Source: Candidatus Undinarchaeota archaeon (GTDB lineage: Archaea > SpSt-1190 > JASMDC01). Taken from it: a DNA stretch of 64,000 nt. Under the pieces are notes generated by a model that saw only the letters and a program-made list of their open reading frames with translations, had not been told where the DNA came from and did not search any database. Both the position numbers and the translations under genes were made by a program. Of this stretch, positions 9,179-18,123 are shown piece by piece. The DNA lies in the NCBI GenBank assembly GCA_964519305.1, contig CAZFHY010000006.1, positions 86,099 through 150,098 on the forward strand, written 5' to 3'. Each line of letters begins with the position of its first letter. Position 1 is the first letter of the stretch.

Positions 9179-10933
9179 ATGGAAGGTGATCCGGTGGCAA
9201 GTAGAATCCTAACACTTTCATCTAGGAGTAACTCCGCTGGCCAGGCGGCCATGGAGTTCCTGATGAGCTACGGCTGGATGCTGGTGATCATCGTCATCGG
9301 CGGTGCCGCGATGTACTCCATGGGCATCCTCAACCCGGGCACCTACCAGAAGAAGGGCTGCGTCGGGTTCGAGAAGATCCATTACCGCGACCACCTGTTC
9401 CGCGGTACGGGCGAGGTCGGGCTGTGGACGGTGTGGTCGTCAGAGACCGAGCGCGAAAGCCAGTTCCAACTGCGTATGCAGAACGGGGCCGGGATCACCC
9501 TCCGCATCCGGGGCATCGACGTGGAGTATCCCGAGGGCGTGCACGTGACGTGGTCCGAGCGCGGCTACGACTGCGACTACTACAACACCGCTGACGACAC
9601 CGACTCGGGCTGCCAGGAGCAGAACGTGTCCGAGGGGGATCTCGCCACCCTCTCCATCGAGGACGTGGGGCGGGGGACTCTGGACCTGCGACACGGCGCC
9701 GTGTACCGCAGCAAGGTCAAGGTGACGTTCGACGCGTTCAACGCGCTGGAAGATCACTCTGAGGTGGCCATCTGCTGTGGCAAGATCGAGGGCGGCTCGA
9801 CCGCGTCCACATCGGGCGGCGGGAGCGGTTCGGGGTCCGGAACCGGTAGCGGTACGGGCTCCGGTACAGGTACTGGCAGCGGTACGGGATCCGGGACCGG
9901 GAGCGGCACCGGGGCGTCCTGGGGCCCCTGCATGGCCACGTGGGAGAAGGACGACGGATCGGACTACGAGATCATGTATGCCTCGTGGAACGGCGCGTGG
10001 AGCACCGCCGCCAAGGTGACCGACAACGCAATCTATGATAGCGCTCCTTCAATATCCTGCACCTCGTCGTCGTACTGCATGGCCGTCTGGTTCGCGTACG
10101 ACGGATCGGACTACGAAATCATGTACGCTACGTGGAACGGCGCCGCGTGGAGCGCCGCCGCCGCGGTGACCGACAACGCGGTCTCCGATACCAATCCCAT
10201 CGTGTCATGCCCGACCACGTCCTTCTGCATGGCCACGTGGAACGGGCATGACGGGGACAGCGAGATCATGTACGCTACGTGGAACGGCGCCGCGTGGAGC
10301 GCCGCTGCCAAGGTGACCGACAACGCACTCTCCGAGTCCATGTCCTCCGTGTCCTGCGCCACATCGTCGTCCTGTATGACCGCGTGGCGCGTCCTAGATG
10401 GGAATTACGAGATCAGGTCCGCCGCATGGAACGGTGCTTCTTTGAGCGATGCCGAGGTGACCGACTTCGCGTACAACGACATCCAGCCCTCCGTCTCCTG
10501 CCCCTCGGCGAGCTCCTGCATGGTCACGTGGAGCAGGCACCAGGGGTCCAGCGGCGGGGACTACGAGATCATGTCCGCTACGTGGAACGGCGCCGTATGG
10601 AGCGCTGCCGCCCTGGTGTGCGACAACTCGGACCAAGACTACGAGCCCACCGTGTCCTGCCCGACCACGTCCTTCTGCATGGCCACTTGGCACGCGTCCG
10701 GCGTCGGGATCAAGTACGCCTCTTGGAACGGCGCCTCGTGGGGCGCGGAGGCGACGGTTGTCGGATCGGGGATCAATCCCCAGGTATCATGCACGACATC
10801 GAGCTCGTGCATGGTGGTGTACTCCGTGAACGATATCAAGAGCGCTACATGGAACGGGAGCTCATGGAGCGACGCGGGGACGGTGGACACCGCCGCAGGC
10901 ACGAACTATCCGTACGTCTCGTGCGTGGGGTGA
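9179..10933 (+). CDS. archaeal pilin-like protein with class III signal peptide, Gly/Ser/Thr linker and ~8 tandem ~55-aa Trp/Cys repeats
   Basis: ORF track 9053-10933 (TTG maximal start); ...SAGQAAMEFLMSYGWMLVIIVIGGAAMY matches archaeal prepilin-like signal; repeat unit contains DYEIMYATWNGAAWSAAAKVTDNA...SC.TSS.CMA.W; start 9179 (ATG) or 9251 uncertain. Confidence 0.6.
   Translation: MEGDPVASRILTLSSRSNSAGQAAMEFLMSYGWMLVIIVIGGAAMYSMGILNPGTYQKKGCVGFEKIHYRDHLFRGTGEVGLWTVWSSETERESQFQLRMQNGAGITLRIRGIDVEYPEGVHVTWSERGYDCDYYNTADDTDSGCQEQNVSEGDLATLSIEDVGRGTLDLRHGAVYRSKVKVTFDAFNALEDHSEVAICCGKIEGGSTASTSGGGSGSGSGTGSGTGSGTGTGSGTGSGTGSGTGASWGPCMATWEKDDGSDYEIMYASWNGAWSTAAKVTDNAIYDSAPSISCTSSSYCMAVWFAYDGSDYEIMYATWNGAAWSAAAAVTDNAVSDTNPIVSCPTTSFCMATWNGHDGDSEIMYATWNGAAWSAAAKVTDNALSESMSSVSCATSSSCMTAWRVLDGNYEIRSAAWNGASLSDAEVTDFAYNDIQPSVSCPSASSCMVTWSRHQGSSGGDYEIMSATWNGAVWSAAALVCDNSDQDYEPTVSCPTTSFCMATWHASGVGIKYASWNGASWGAEATVVGSGINPQVSCTTSSSCMVVYSVNDIKSATWNGSSWSDAGTVDTAAGTNYPYVSCVG
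9790..9916 (+). repeat. low-complexity GS/GT-encoding tract (linker) inside pilin-like gene
   Basis: ggc/agc/acc/ggt codon repeats encoding GGGSGSGSGTGSGTGSGTGTGSGTGSGTGSGTG. Confidence 0.7.
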
Positions 10934-11304
10934 GCCGCGGCGGGGGCACCGTGGACGGGAGCGGGAACGTGTACTTGGTGGATACCGAGAACCACCGCAT
11001 CCAGAAGTTTACCTCGACAGGGACCTTCATCACAGAGTGGGGAGGCGGGGGCACGGGCGACGGGCAGTTCTCCACCCCACAGGGAATTGATATCGACACC
11101 TCCGGAAGGGTGTATGTCGCCGACGCGGGCAACAACCGCATTCAGGTGTTCGACACGGACGGAACCTTCATCACGAAGTGGGGGAGTTGGGGTACGGGCG
11201 ACGGGGAGTTAATCACCCCGAGCAATATGATCACGGTCGGGAGCGATACCATCTACGTCGTGGAATCGGGGAACAACCGGGTGCAGAAGTTCACCATATC
11301 GTAG
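10930..11304 (+). CDS. NHL-repeat segment (about 2.5 NHL repeats) in a different frame from the pilin-like gene; either a frameshifted C-terminal domain or a small coupled ORF starting at GTG
   Basis: Frame-1 translation GVSRGGGTVDGSGNVYLVDTENHRIQKF...GRVYVADAGNNRIQVFD...IYVVESGNNRVQKF shows NHL motifs; GTG 10930-10932 overlaps stop TGA 10931-10933 of the upstream ORF; no ATG in frame; upstream frame-1 sequence is Arg-rich nonsense. Confidence 0.4.
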   Translation: MSRGGGTVDGSGNVYLVDTENHRIQKFTSTGTFITEWGGGGTGDGQFSTPQGIDIDTSGRVYVADAGNNRIQVFDTDGTFITKWGSWGTGDGELITPSNMITVGSDTIYVVESGNNRVQKFTIS

Positions 11305-11384
11305 CGGACCGTTGTAAGTGGTGCCCCTGTCGCGTCCAGGGGGGCGGACCTACCTGACCGCTGGACGTGAGGTCATCCCGCGAC

Positions 11385-11470
11385 CGTTACACGCAAGTGT
11401 TTTAATCTGGAGTACCTAACCATCACTGTGAGGATGGGTGGACTCTTGTTGAAGTTGACACTGCACAAAA
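11385..11470. repeat. right copy of imperfect inverted repeat (inverted relative to 8768-8870)
   Basis: See left copy; lies between the end of the NHL segment and the 3' end of the convergent MBL-fold hydrolase gene. Confidence 0.6.
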
Positions 11471-11507
11471 GTTTCTGAGTACCCTTGCATCACTTCCTAC
11501 CAGAGTC

Positions 11508-12269
11508 CTAGAACTCAACCCTTTCTCCCGGTCGCAGGGTACGCACCTTGATGCCTGGCTCCCGTTCACGCGCCAACCTCTCCAGCTCCTCGGGGCGTCC
11601 CGAATGGAAGGATAAGGGCGGTAGGCTCATCCAGGCACCACCCTCGTGGATGGGGATGACTTTGCTAGCGCCAAGTTCCACTGCGGCCTGGAGGGCCTGG
11701 GCAGGGGTCATGACGATGCGGCGGCCAAGCACCCGGGAGCCGCCTATAGGGAGCATGGCCACGTCGATGGTGAAGCGCCGGCCAATATCGGTGAACCCGT
11801 GATGGTACTTCGTATCGCCGCCGAAGAACAGGCTCGTGGACCCGTCCTGGAGGACGAAGTTGATCTCGCCGTCCGGATGGTCCGCCTCGGTAGCGGTGAT
11901 GGTGACCCCTCCCTGCTCCTGGACGTCGCCCGGGACCATGTCCACGACCTCCTTCGCTCCCAGGTCGCGAGCGAAACGCGCCGTCCCCTCAGGCCCGAGG
12001 ATGGTTGTCTTGGCCAGGTCCATACGGCTTAAAGAGCGCCGGTCGAAGTGGTCCGGGTGGAGATGTGAGGCGACAATCAGGTCGATGGGTGGCAGGTCCT
12101 TGAGCTCGATACCGGGGCGCTGGTAGCAGGGCAGTCCCCGTAACTGCATGCAGAACCAGGGGTCGGTGAGGACCGTGAGCCCCTCGAACCGCAGCAGGAG
12201 CGTAGAGGTCCGGACGAATGTGACGTCCACCACGCTCCCGGGATAGGGGGCAAACGTTTTATGTCCCAT
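11508..12269 (-). CDS. MBL-fold metallo-hydrolase
   Basis: ORF track 258 aa; HxHxDH motif (SHLHPDH) and downstream His/Asp ligands; start taken at MGHKTF. Confidence 0.7.
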   Translation of the reverse strand: MGHKTFAPYPGSVVDVTFVRTSTLLLRFEGLTVLTDPWFCMQLRGLPCYQRPGIELKDLPPIDLIVASHLHPDHFDRRSLSRMDLAKTTILGPEGTARFARDLGAKEVVDMVPGDVQEQGGVTITATEADHPDGEINFVLQDGSTSLFFGGDTKYHHGFTDIGRRFTIDVAMLPIGGSRVLGRRIVMTPAQALQAAVELGASKVIPIHEGGAWMSLPPLSFHSGRPEELERLAREREPGIKVRTLRPGERVEF

Positions 12270-12777
12270 CCTCCGGCGGAGCACGCAGTGCTGCCCAGGG
12301 CCTTACGCCTCTTGAGACCATCACTGCGAATCCGCCCCATCCGACCGCTAGCAGCAGAAGCTGTGCGGCGATGAATACCTCCCGGGGGAACAGCCCCCAC
12401 GTCGACACCAGACACACGGTCTCGGAGAACGGGCGCAGGCACCGAGCATTACCTTCCCAGAGGATAGGGAGGCCTATGCCCAGATCGATAGCGGCGTGGA
12501 GCAGAACACCAGCTAGGCACACGGGCAGGACACGACGGAACCGTTGCGGGTCCCTGGCGAGCATCCACGCGACCACGGCCGCTAGCAATGGCAGAACGAT
12601 AAGGTTGCCCATCACGGTAGCATGGGTGCGTGCCAGCACGCTCCACCCGAACACCACCATCACCAGGTCTATGTCCGGTACCACGCTGGCCACGAGGAAC
12701 GCGCGGGTCCGCTCCCGGTCCAGTCCCTGTCTAGAGGCGATAAGGAGCGCGAGCATGTAATGTGTGAGCGGGTCCAT
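12259..12777 (-). CDS. membrane-bound metal-dependent hydrolase-like protein (YdjM-like)
   Basis: 172 aa, starts MDPLTHYMLALLIA, four hydrophobic helices with conserved His/Asp positions. Confidence 0.5.
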   Translation of the reverse strand: MDPLTHYMLALLIASRQGLDRERTRAFLVASVVPDIDLVMVVFGWSVLARTHATVMGNLIVLPLLAAVVAWMLARDPQRFRRVLPVCLAGVLLHAAIDLGIGLPILWEGNARCLRPFSETVCLVSTWGLFPREVFIAAQLLLLAVGWGGFAVMVSRGVRPWAALRAPPEDGT

Positions 12778-12781
12778 GGGT

Positions 12782-14197
12782 TCACCCGCGGCCTAGGAGC
12801 CGGCGGGCGGCCTTGGCACCTGCCCAAGCCATAGTGCGGACCTGAGCGTCACCCTTCAGAGCGGCGAGCGTCTGCCGTCCCACGTACCCGGGGCGCAGGT
12901 AGAAGGCCCGGTTGATGCGCTGCCAGTACTCCCGGAGAAGCTCGGGTGGTGCGGTGGGATTCTCCATCACGGTCTCGTTGAGGAACACGTACCGCTCCCA
13001 GTCGTCCGTCTGCAGGAGATCGTTCTTCTCGGCCCATGCGTGGAGCCCGGTGCCCGGGTACGGTGTGGCGAAGGACACCTGAAGGTAGTCGCAGTCGACC
13101 TCCTGGACGAGCTGGAGCGTCTCCTCCAGCGTCTCCTGGGTCTCCCCCGGCAGTCCCAGCATAAGGAATCCCATGGTCTTGATGCCCTCGTCGTGCGCCA
13201 ACGTGAAGGCGTTCTTGATCTGCTCCACGGTGATGCCCTTGCGCATGGCGTTGAGGAGTTTCTGGGAGCCGGACTCTATACCGAACTCGATGAGGTCGCA
13301 CCCCGCTTCGTGCATGGCCGCCAGCACGTCCTTGTCCACGGTGTCGGCCCGCGTGAGGGCCTTCCACCGCAGGTCGTCGGGCAGACCCCGTTCTACGAGC
13401 TCATGGCACAGCTCGATCGACCATGAACGGTCCACGGCGAACGTGTCGTCCAGGAAAGAGATGAGCTTGACGCCGAACTCGCGCCTGTCCCGCTCTATCT
13501 CCTCGGCGACGTTCCGCGGGGAACGTGTGCGCAGCGTCCCACCGAACACCCAGGGGCATGAGCAGTAGATGCACCGGCCCGGGCAGCCACGGACAGCAAT
13601 TACCGTGGAGAAATGATCAGATTCAGGCGCCCTGTACCGTTCCATGGGCAGGAGATGGAGGGCTGGGAATGGCAGGTCGTCCAGTGGGTCCACCAGCGGT
13701 CGTTGTGGCCCGTGCACTATCCTCTTGCCTTTACGGAGCGACACACCGGCCACCCGGGATAGCTTGCTAGGACCTTCCGGGAGCGAGTCCACCAGCTCGG
13801 GGAGGGTGCGCTCCCCCTCACCACGCACCAGCATATCGATAGATGGGAGCCGTGTGAGGGTCTGGTCCGGGACCATGCTGGCATGGACACCGCCCAGAAC
13901 TGTGGTCGTTTCAGGTCGCAGGGTCTTGACACCATGGGCGATGCGGCCGCACAGGTCCGCAGTGGGAGTTGTGGCGGTGAGCCCTACAACGTCGGGTTCG
14001 GCGTCCAGCACCCGACGGACCGCCTCTTCCTCGGAGAGCTGGAGCGCATTGGCGTCAAGTATGTCCACCGGTACGCCGGCCACTTCAAGGCACGCGGCGA
14101 GGTAGGCCAGCCCGAGCGGGGGGCCTACTGATATCTGGGCGATGGCCTCGGTCCGTGACTGGTACGGCGGGTTCACCAGCAGCACGGATGGTGCCAT
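12782..14197 (-). CDS. B12-binding domain radical SAM protein (class B)
   Basis: ORF track 12782-14251; N-terminal B12-binding-like region (VLLVNPPYQ...GLAYLAA), CxxxCxxC motif (CPGRCIYC); start proposed at internal Met (MAPSVLL) because the maximal start collides head-to-head with the divergent gene. Confidence 0.7.
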   Translation of the reverse strand: MAPSVLLVNPPYQSRTEAIAQISVGPPLGLAYLAACLEVAGVPVDILDANALQLSEEEAVRRVLDAEPDVVGLTATTPTADLCGRIAHGVKTLRPETTTVLGGVHASMVPDQTLTRLPSIDMLVRGEGERTLPELVDSLPEGPSKLSRVAGVSLRKGKRIVHGPQRPLVDPLDDLPFPALHLLPMERYRAPESDHFSTVIAVRGCPGRCIYCSCPWVFGGTLRTRSPRNVAEEIERDRREFGVKLISFLDDTFAVDRSWSIELCHELVERGLPDDLRWKALTRADTVDKDVLAAMHEAGCDLIEFGIESGSQKLLNAMRKGITVEQIKNAFTLAHDEGIKTMGFLMLGLPGETQETLEETLQLVQEVDCDYLQVSFATPYPGTGLHAWAEKNDLLQTDDWERYVFLNETVMENPTAPPELLREYWQRINRAFYLRPGYVGRQTLAALKGDAQVRTMAWAGAKAARRLLGRG

Positions 14198-14213
14198 GGT
14201 CGAAAAGGGGCCT

Positions 14214-14228
14214 GTTACCTTAATAAAC
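14214..14228. promoter_or_regulatory. shared divergent BRE/TATA-like element (ccttaataaacg)
   Basis: Located between rSAM start (about 14197, minus) and membrane gene start (14250, plus); the same cc-ttaataa motif recurs upstream of other genes in the window. Confidence 0.4.
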
Positions 14229-14249
14229 GTTACACGGGTTCGTTCCATC

Positions 14250-16004
14250 ATGCTCGGACAGGCAGGGGGGCTTGTGGCAGGTTTCCTGACCTGGACCTAT
14301 GCTCTTCTCGTACCGGGACTGCTGTGGGCGCTGGCCCTCTATCCTGGCCGGACGCTCATCTTCACGCTCGTGACAGGCCTGTCGATCGGTCTCTTCGTGA
14401 TGCCCGTGGGCGCTTTCATGTTCGCTTGGCTGACCGGCACGGTCGTCTCTGTACCGCTGGTGCTCTCTCTCGCTACCCTGCTCTCTCCGCTGGCCCTTGT
14501 CGTACGATGGCCTCGAGCACCTTCCCGGGGCGATTCCGGGGACGGTGGGGCCGCAGCACTGATCCTGGCGCTCCTTCTCCTAATGGGTGCGCTCTACGAG
14601 GGGACCGCTCTTGGTTACTGGGACACCTACATCGTGGCCCCCGCTCTGTTCATCATCGATGAGCCCATTGCCTTCGTGGACATGAACGGCAACCTCCTGG
14701 TGAACGCCACCCTCACCGGAAAGCTGTTCGACAATCTCAGGGACGATACGACCTATGGCATCATCACAAAGGACCAGCGCCTGGGTGCGGGTGTGCTGGT
14801 CTCGGTCCATGCCCTCCTCCTGGGCGATGTGGGGTTCAGACTGGCCTTCGCCTGCTACCACGCGCTTGGTGCGGCCGCGATCTACCTGGCGGCCCGACTG
14901 CTCTTCAGTTCGTCATGGATGGGCATTGCCGCCGCCACGCTCCTTGGGTTCAACGGGTTCGTGCTCACAGCAGATACCCTCAATCCCAACGCCATCGCCA
15001 TGTCCATGAGCGCTGTGATGACCATGTTGCTGCTCCACAGGCCGCGAGGGAGGCAGTGGGCGATCATCGGTCTGCTCCTGGGCACCCTTGGTGGGGTACG
15101 GAACATCGCACTGCTCTTCGTCCCTGCGGTCATCTGGGCGACCCGGCCCTGGGACCGGCGACGGCTGGTGCTGCTCCTGGCAACGGCCTTCATCCTCAAC
15201 GCACCTTTCCTCGCGTGGAACAGGTTCGCCTTCGGTAGTATGTTCACCCACGCCGCTATGTACGCCGGGTATGAGGGGTGGCGGCCCCAGTTCGAGCACC
15301 AGTTACCGGTCCTGGGCACGTCGTTCAAGTTCAACGGGATGCTCAACTGGCCGTTCTACGATAACATAGTCCGGACACCTCACTTCCCATTTCCTGTGTT
15401 CCTCCTCCTGCCGCTTACTGTCATACGTTCCTTCGGCCTCGTCCTCTCTGCACTGGGGCTCGCTGGCATCGCTTTCCTATGGCGGGACGACCGCGCCGCC
15501 ATTATCCTACTTCTGCTCTGGGCCCTTCCATATTTCATGTTCTTCCTACCGCAGGAGAACTGGTCCGAGCTGAAGATGACCTTCCTCCTCCCTATCTATC
15601 CGGCAATGGTGCTATTGGTCCTGGCCGGTCTGCGCGGATCACGCCCGCTGCACATCGCCGTGTCGCTCCTCCTGCTCATCGTGTTCGTACAAGTGGCCGC
15701 GACGAGCCAATACGAGCCCGATCCGCGGTGGCCCGAGCGCTTCCCACATTCCATGGCCAACGCGGGCAGGGAGCTGCCCGACGAACTGCGTGATACCCAG
15801 TTCTTCTTCCACCTGCCGGAGAACGATGACGAACTGATCCACCAGCGCCAGCGGTTCACGGCCGGGAACATCTTTCCATCGATCCGCACCGTTCCCCGTG
15901 AGCGTTTGAGCGGTCTGAGAGCGGCCCTCCGGACCGAGATGAGCGAGCGGAACAATGATGGTAGGCGGACCATGATCGCGGTATGGAACTACATCTACGG
16001 ATGA
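14250..16004 (+). CDS. polytopic membrane protein, putative GT-C-type glycosyltransferase-like
   Basis: ORF track 14142-16004; about 12 predicted TM helices, IIDEP loop motif, ~585 aa from MLGQAGG; assignment by architecture only. Confidence 0.45.
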   Translation: MLGQAGGLVAGFLTWTYALLVPGLLWALALYPGRTLIFTLVTGLSIGLFVMPVGAFMFAWLTGTVVSVPLVLSLATLLSPLALVVRWPRAPSRGDSGDGGAAALILALLLLMGALYEGTALGYWDTYIVAPALFIIDEPIAFVDMNGNLLVNATLTGKLFDNLRDDTTYGIITKDQRLGAGVLVSVHALLLGDVGFRLAFACYHALGAAAIYLAARLLFSSSWMGIAAATLLGFNGFVLTADTLNPNAIAMSMSAVMTMLLLHRPRGRQWAIIGLLLGTLGGVRNIALLFVPAVIWATRPWDRRRLVLLLATAFILNAPFLAWNRFAFGSMFTHAAMYAGYEGWRPQFEHQLPVLGTSFKFNGMLNWPFYDNIVRTPHFPFPVFLLLPLTVIRSFGLVLSALGLAGIAFLWRDDRAAIILLLLWALPYFMFFLPQENWSELKMTFLLPIYPAMVLLVLAGLRGSRPLHIAVSLLLLIVFVQVAATSQYEPDPRWPERFPHSMANAGRELPDELRDTQFFFHLPENDDELIHQRQRFTAGNIFPSIRTVPRERLSGLRAALRTEMSERNNDGRRTMIAVWNYIYG

Positions 16005-16008
16005 GGTC

Positions 16009-17292
16009 TTAGCTCAACCGAACAAGCTTCTCGCACGGGAACTGGAATCCCTCTGGCATTGGTCGTCCTGTCGGGGGCGCCAAGCAGTAGATGATCGTGT
16101 CGCAGTCCGTGAAGAGGACCGGGAAGCACACCCCCTCGTCCGGAAGCTCGCCCTCATCGGGCTGTGGCAGGTCGAGGCAGATGTTGGTCCCTTTCACCTT
16201 CGACGGCTTCAGAGGCTGGCCGTCGCAGTAGGGCATCTCGCCCTCGCAGTTGGAGTTCACCGTGTCGCCCGTGAACGTGAGAACACGGGCGTACTGTGTG
16301 ACCGGGATCATGCACGGTAGGTCCTCGTTCGCAGTGGTCGCACACCCGATCTGCTTCCACGCACCGTCCAGGGAACATCCCGAGGGATTTGGATCAGTGG
16401 TGGGTGCTGGGGTCCCGAGCGGCGGTACTTCCCCCCGCTCGAGCTTGAGGCACGGCGGTTCCCCCTCCTCGAGAGGCTCGTCGTCCACGGGACAGAAGAA
16501 GAGCGAGTCGCAGTCGATGAACGTGAAGGGGATGCAGGGCTCACCCTCCTCTCTCTCCATGCAGAGCTGGTTCCCGTCAACGATCTTGCCCGTGAACGCC
16601 TCGTCCTTGTTACAGAAGCTACCGCGGCATCCGAATGTCCCCGTGCCCCCGTCGGTGTAGGTGAGCATCACAGTGGCATAAGCGAGAGGTGCAGGGCTCG
16701 GCATTTCGCGGCCTTCCAGGTCGGTGTGCCCGGTCTGGACCCATGATCCTGTGAGGGAGCAGCCAGTTGTTCCGGTGGCCGGCGTCGCTGATGGAGACGT
16801 GACAGGTATCGGGCTGGCCGTGGCCGCGATCGGATTCGGTGTCGGGCTGGTTGTCGCATCTACCGTATTTTCGGTCATGGGCGACGGATCCTCGTCAACG
16901 GTCGGTTCCGGCTCGGTGCCGTTCATCAACGTCTCCCAGGGGACGGACGTGGGAACCGCTCCATCGCCCCCACTGGTCCCCGTGAGCCCGTCCAGGTAAC
17001 CGCCCTGGTACCCGATGAGCGCCACGCCCAGAACGAGCACCGCAACCATGCTCAGAAGGACAGGAAGACTGCTGGATGCGGCCTCTACGGCCACGACCTC
17101 CTCGACAGGGGCGGCCGTCGCCTCCACGTACGCGGCCTGGGCCTGGAGCGACTGGAATGCGGTGTCCACGGCGGCGGGGTCGTATCCGGACTGGATCATG
17201 TAGGAGCGTACCTGGTAGGGGGTGTAGCCCTGGTTGAGATACTCCTGGATATAGTTGGCGTAGTAGCTCGTGTAGTCCTGGTACGCCTCCAC
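16009..17292 (-). CDS. type-II membrane protein with conserved N-terminal cytoplasmic module and two extracellular Cys-rich repeats
   Basis: 427 aa; N-terminus YTSYYANYIQEYLNQGYTPYQVRSYMIQSGYDPAAV, single TM, Thr/Pro linker, two ~115-aa 8-Cys modules. Confidence 0.55.
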   Translation of the reverse strand: MEAYQDYTSYYANYIQEYLNQGYTPYQVRSYMIQSGYDPAAVDTAFQSLQAQAAYVEATAAPVEEVVAVEAASSSLPVLLSMVAVLVLGVALIGYQGGYLDGLTGTSGGDGAVPTSVPWETLMNGTEPEPTVDEDPSPMTENTVDATTSPTPNPIAATASPIPVTSPSATPATGTTGCSLTGSWVQTGHTDLEGREMPSPAPLAYATVMLTYTDGGTGTFGCRGSFCNKDEAFTGKIVDGNQLCMEREEGEPCIPFTFIDCDSLFFCPVDDEPLEEGEPPCLKLERGEVPPLGTPAPTTDPNPSGCSLDGAWKQIGCATTANEDLPCMIPVTQYARVLTFTGDTVNSNCEGEMPYCDGQPLKPSKVKGTNICLDLPQPDEGELPDEGVCFPVLFTDCDTIIYCLAPPTGRPMPEGFQFPCEKLVRLS

Positions 17293-17315
17293 GATATTCG
17301 TATGGCAGTTGGGTA

Positions 17316-18086
17316 TTAAGTGGATTTGCCTTCGCGGGCCAGCGCCTCGCAGGGCACTTCCACGCCCGCGGCCGGGGGGCGGTCCACTGGCGAGAGGCAG
17401 TACACCATCGTATCGCAGTCAACGAACTCCAGCGGGTAGCAGAGGCCCGTGGTGTCCATGCAGATGCGGCGACCATCCTCTGTCCTGGCGGACGTGCCCT
17501 CGCCCGGGGGACAGTACGGTTCTTTCCCCTCGCACTCGAGAACGGCGGTCCCGCCCTCATCGATTGTGACTATCCGCGCATAGTCCTCCAGTGCCACAGC
17601 GCATGGTCGCTCCTCACCGTCTGTGGAGGCGCACCCAATCTGACGCCAGCGCCCTTCGATCGGGCACTCGAGCTCCGGGTCCACGCTCCGTGGCGTTGGT
17701 GTGGGGCTGGCTGAGGCGGTGCGACGCTGTGCGGTTCTTGTACTCGTGACGGCCTGGAGCTGCGTGCGGACAATAGGTTCAGCCTGGATCCCGCTGGTAG
17801 AGGTGAGGTTGTGGAGGAGACCTTGCTGATATGCAACAACAAACCCTCCTATGAGCACCAACACGGCAAGGAGAGCGACCACAGTTCCCCGGGATTGTCC
17901 TTCATTGGTCGGTGTCGGCGGCTCCTCCCCTTTAACGAGGGCCTCCGCAGTGGCCTCGTCGTACCCCATCTCGATGAAGAGCTCCTTGACCTGCTCGGGT
18001 GGGTAGCCCATCTGCAGGTACTCCTGAGCATAGGATGCATAGTAGCTGGAGTACTGGGCATCCCCCATCGGGAGGATACTCATCAC
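17316..18086 (-). CDS. paralog of 16009-17292 (same N-terminal module, one Cys-rich module)
   Basis: 256 aa; N-terminus YSSYYASYAQEYLQMGYPPEQVKELFIEMGYDEATAEALV, TM, Cys-rich ectodomain. Confidence 0.55.
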   Translation of the reverse strand: MMSILPMGDAQYSSYYASYAQEYLQMGYPPEQVKELFIEMGYDEATAEALVKGEEPPTPTNEGQSRGTVVALLAVLVLIGGFVVAYQQGLLHNLTSTSGIQAEPIVRTQLQAVTSTRTAQRRTASASPTPTPRSVDPELECPIEGRWRQIGCASTDGEERPCAVALEDYARIVTIDEGGTAVLECEGKEPYCPPGEGTSARTEDGRRICMDTTGLCYPLEFVDCDTMVYCLSPVDRPPAAGVEVPCEALAREGKST

Positions 18087-18123
18087 TAGTGCTTTAATTG
18101 GTTTCTATGGGACCTCTGCAAGC

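Noticed and set aside
10279-10929. N-terminal two-thirds of frame-1 ORF 10279-11304
   Set aside because: Arg-rich nonsense translation antisense-like to the real repeat-coding frame; only the portion after 10930 shows NHL motifs
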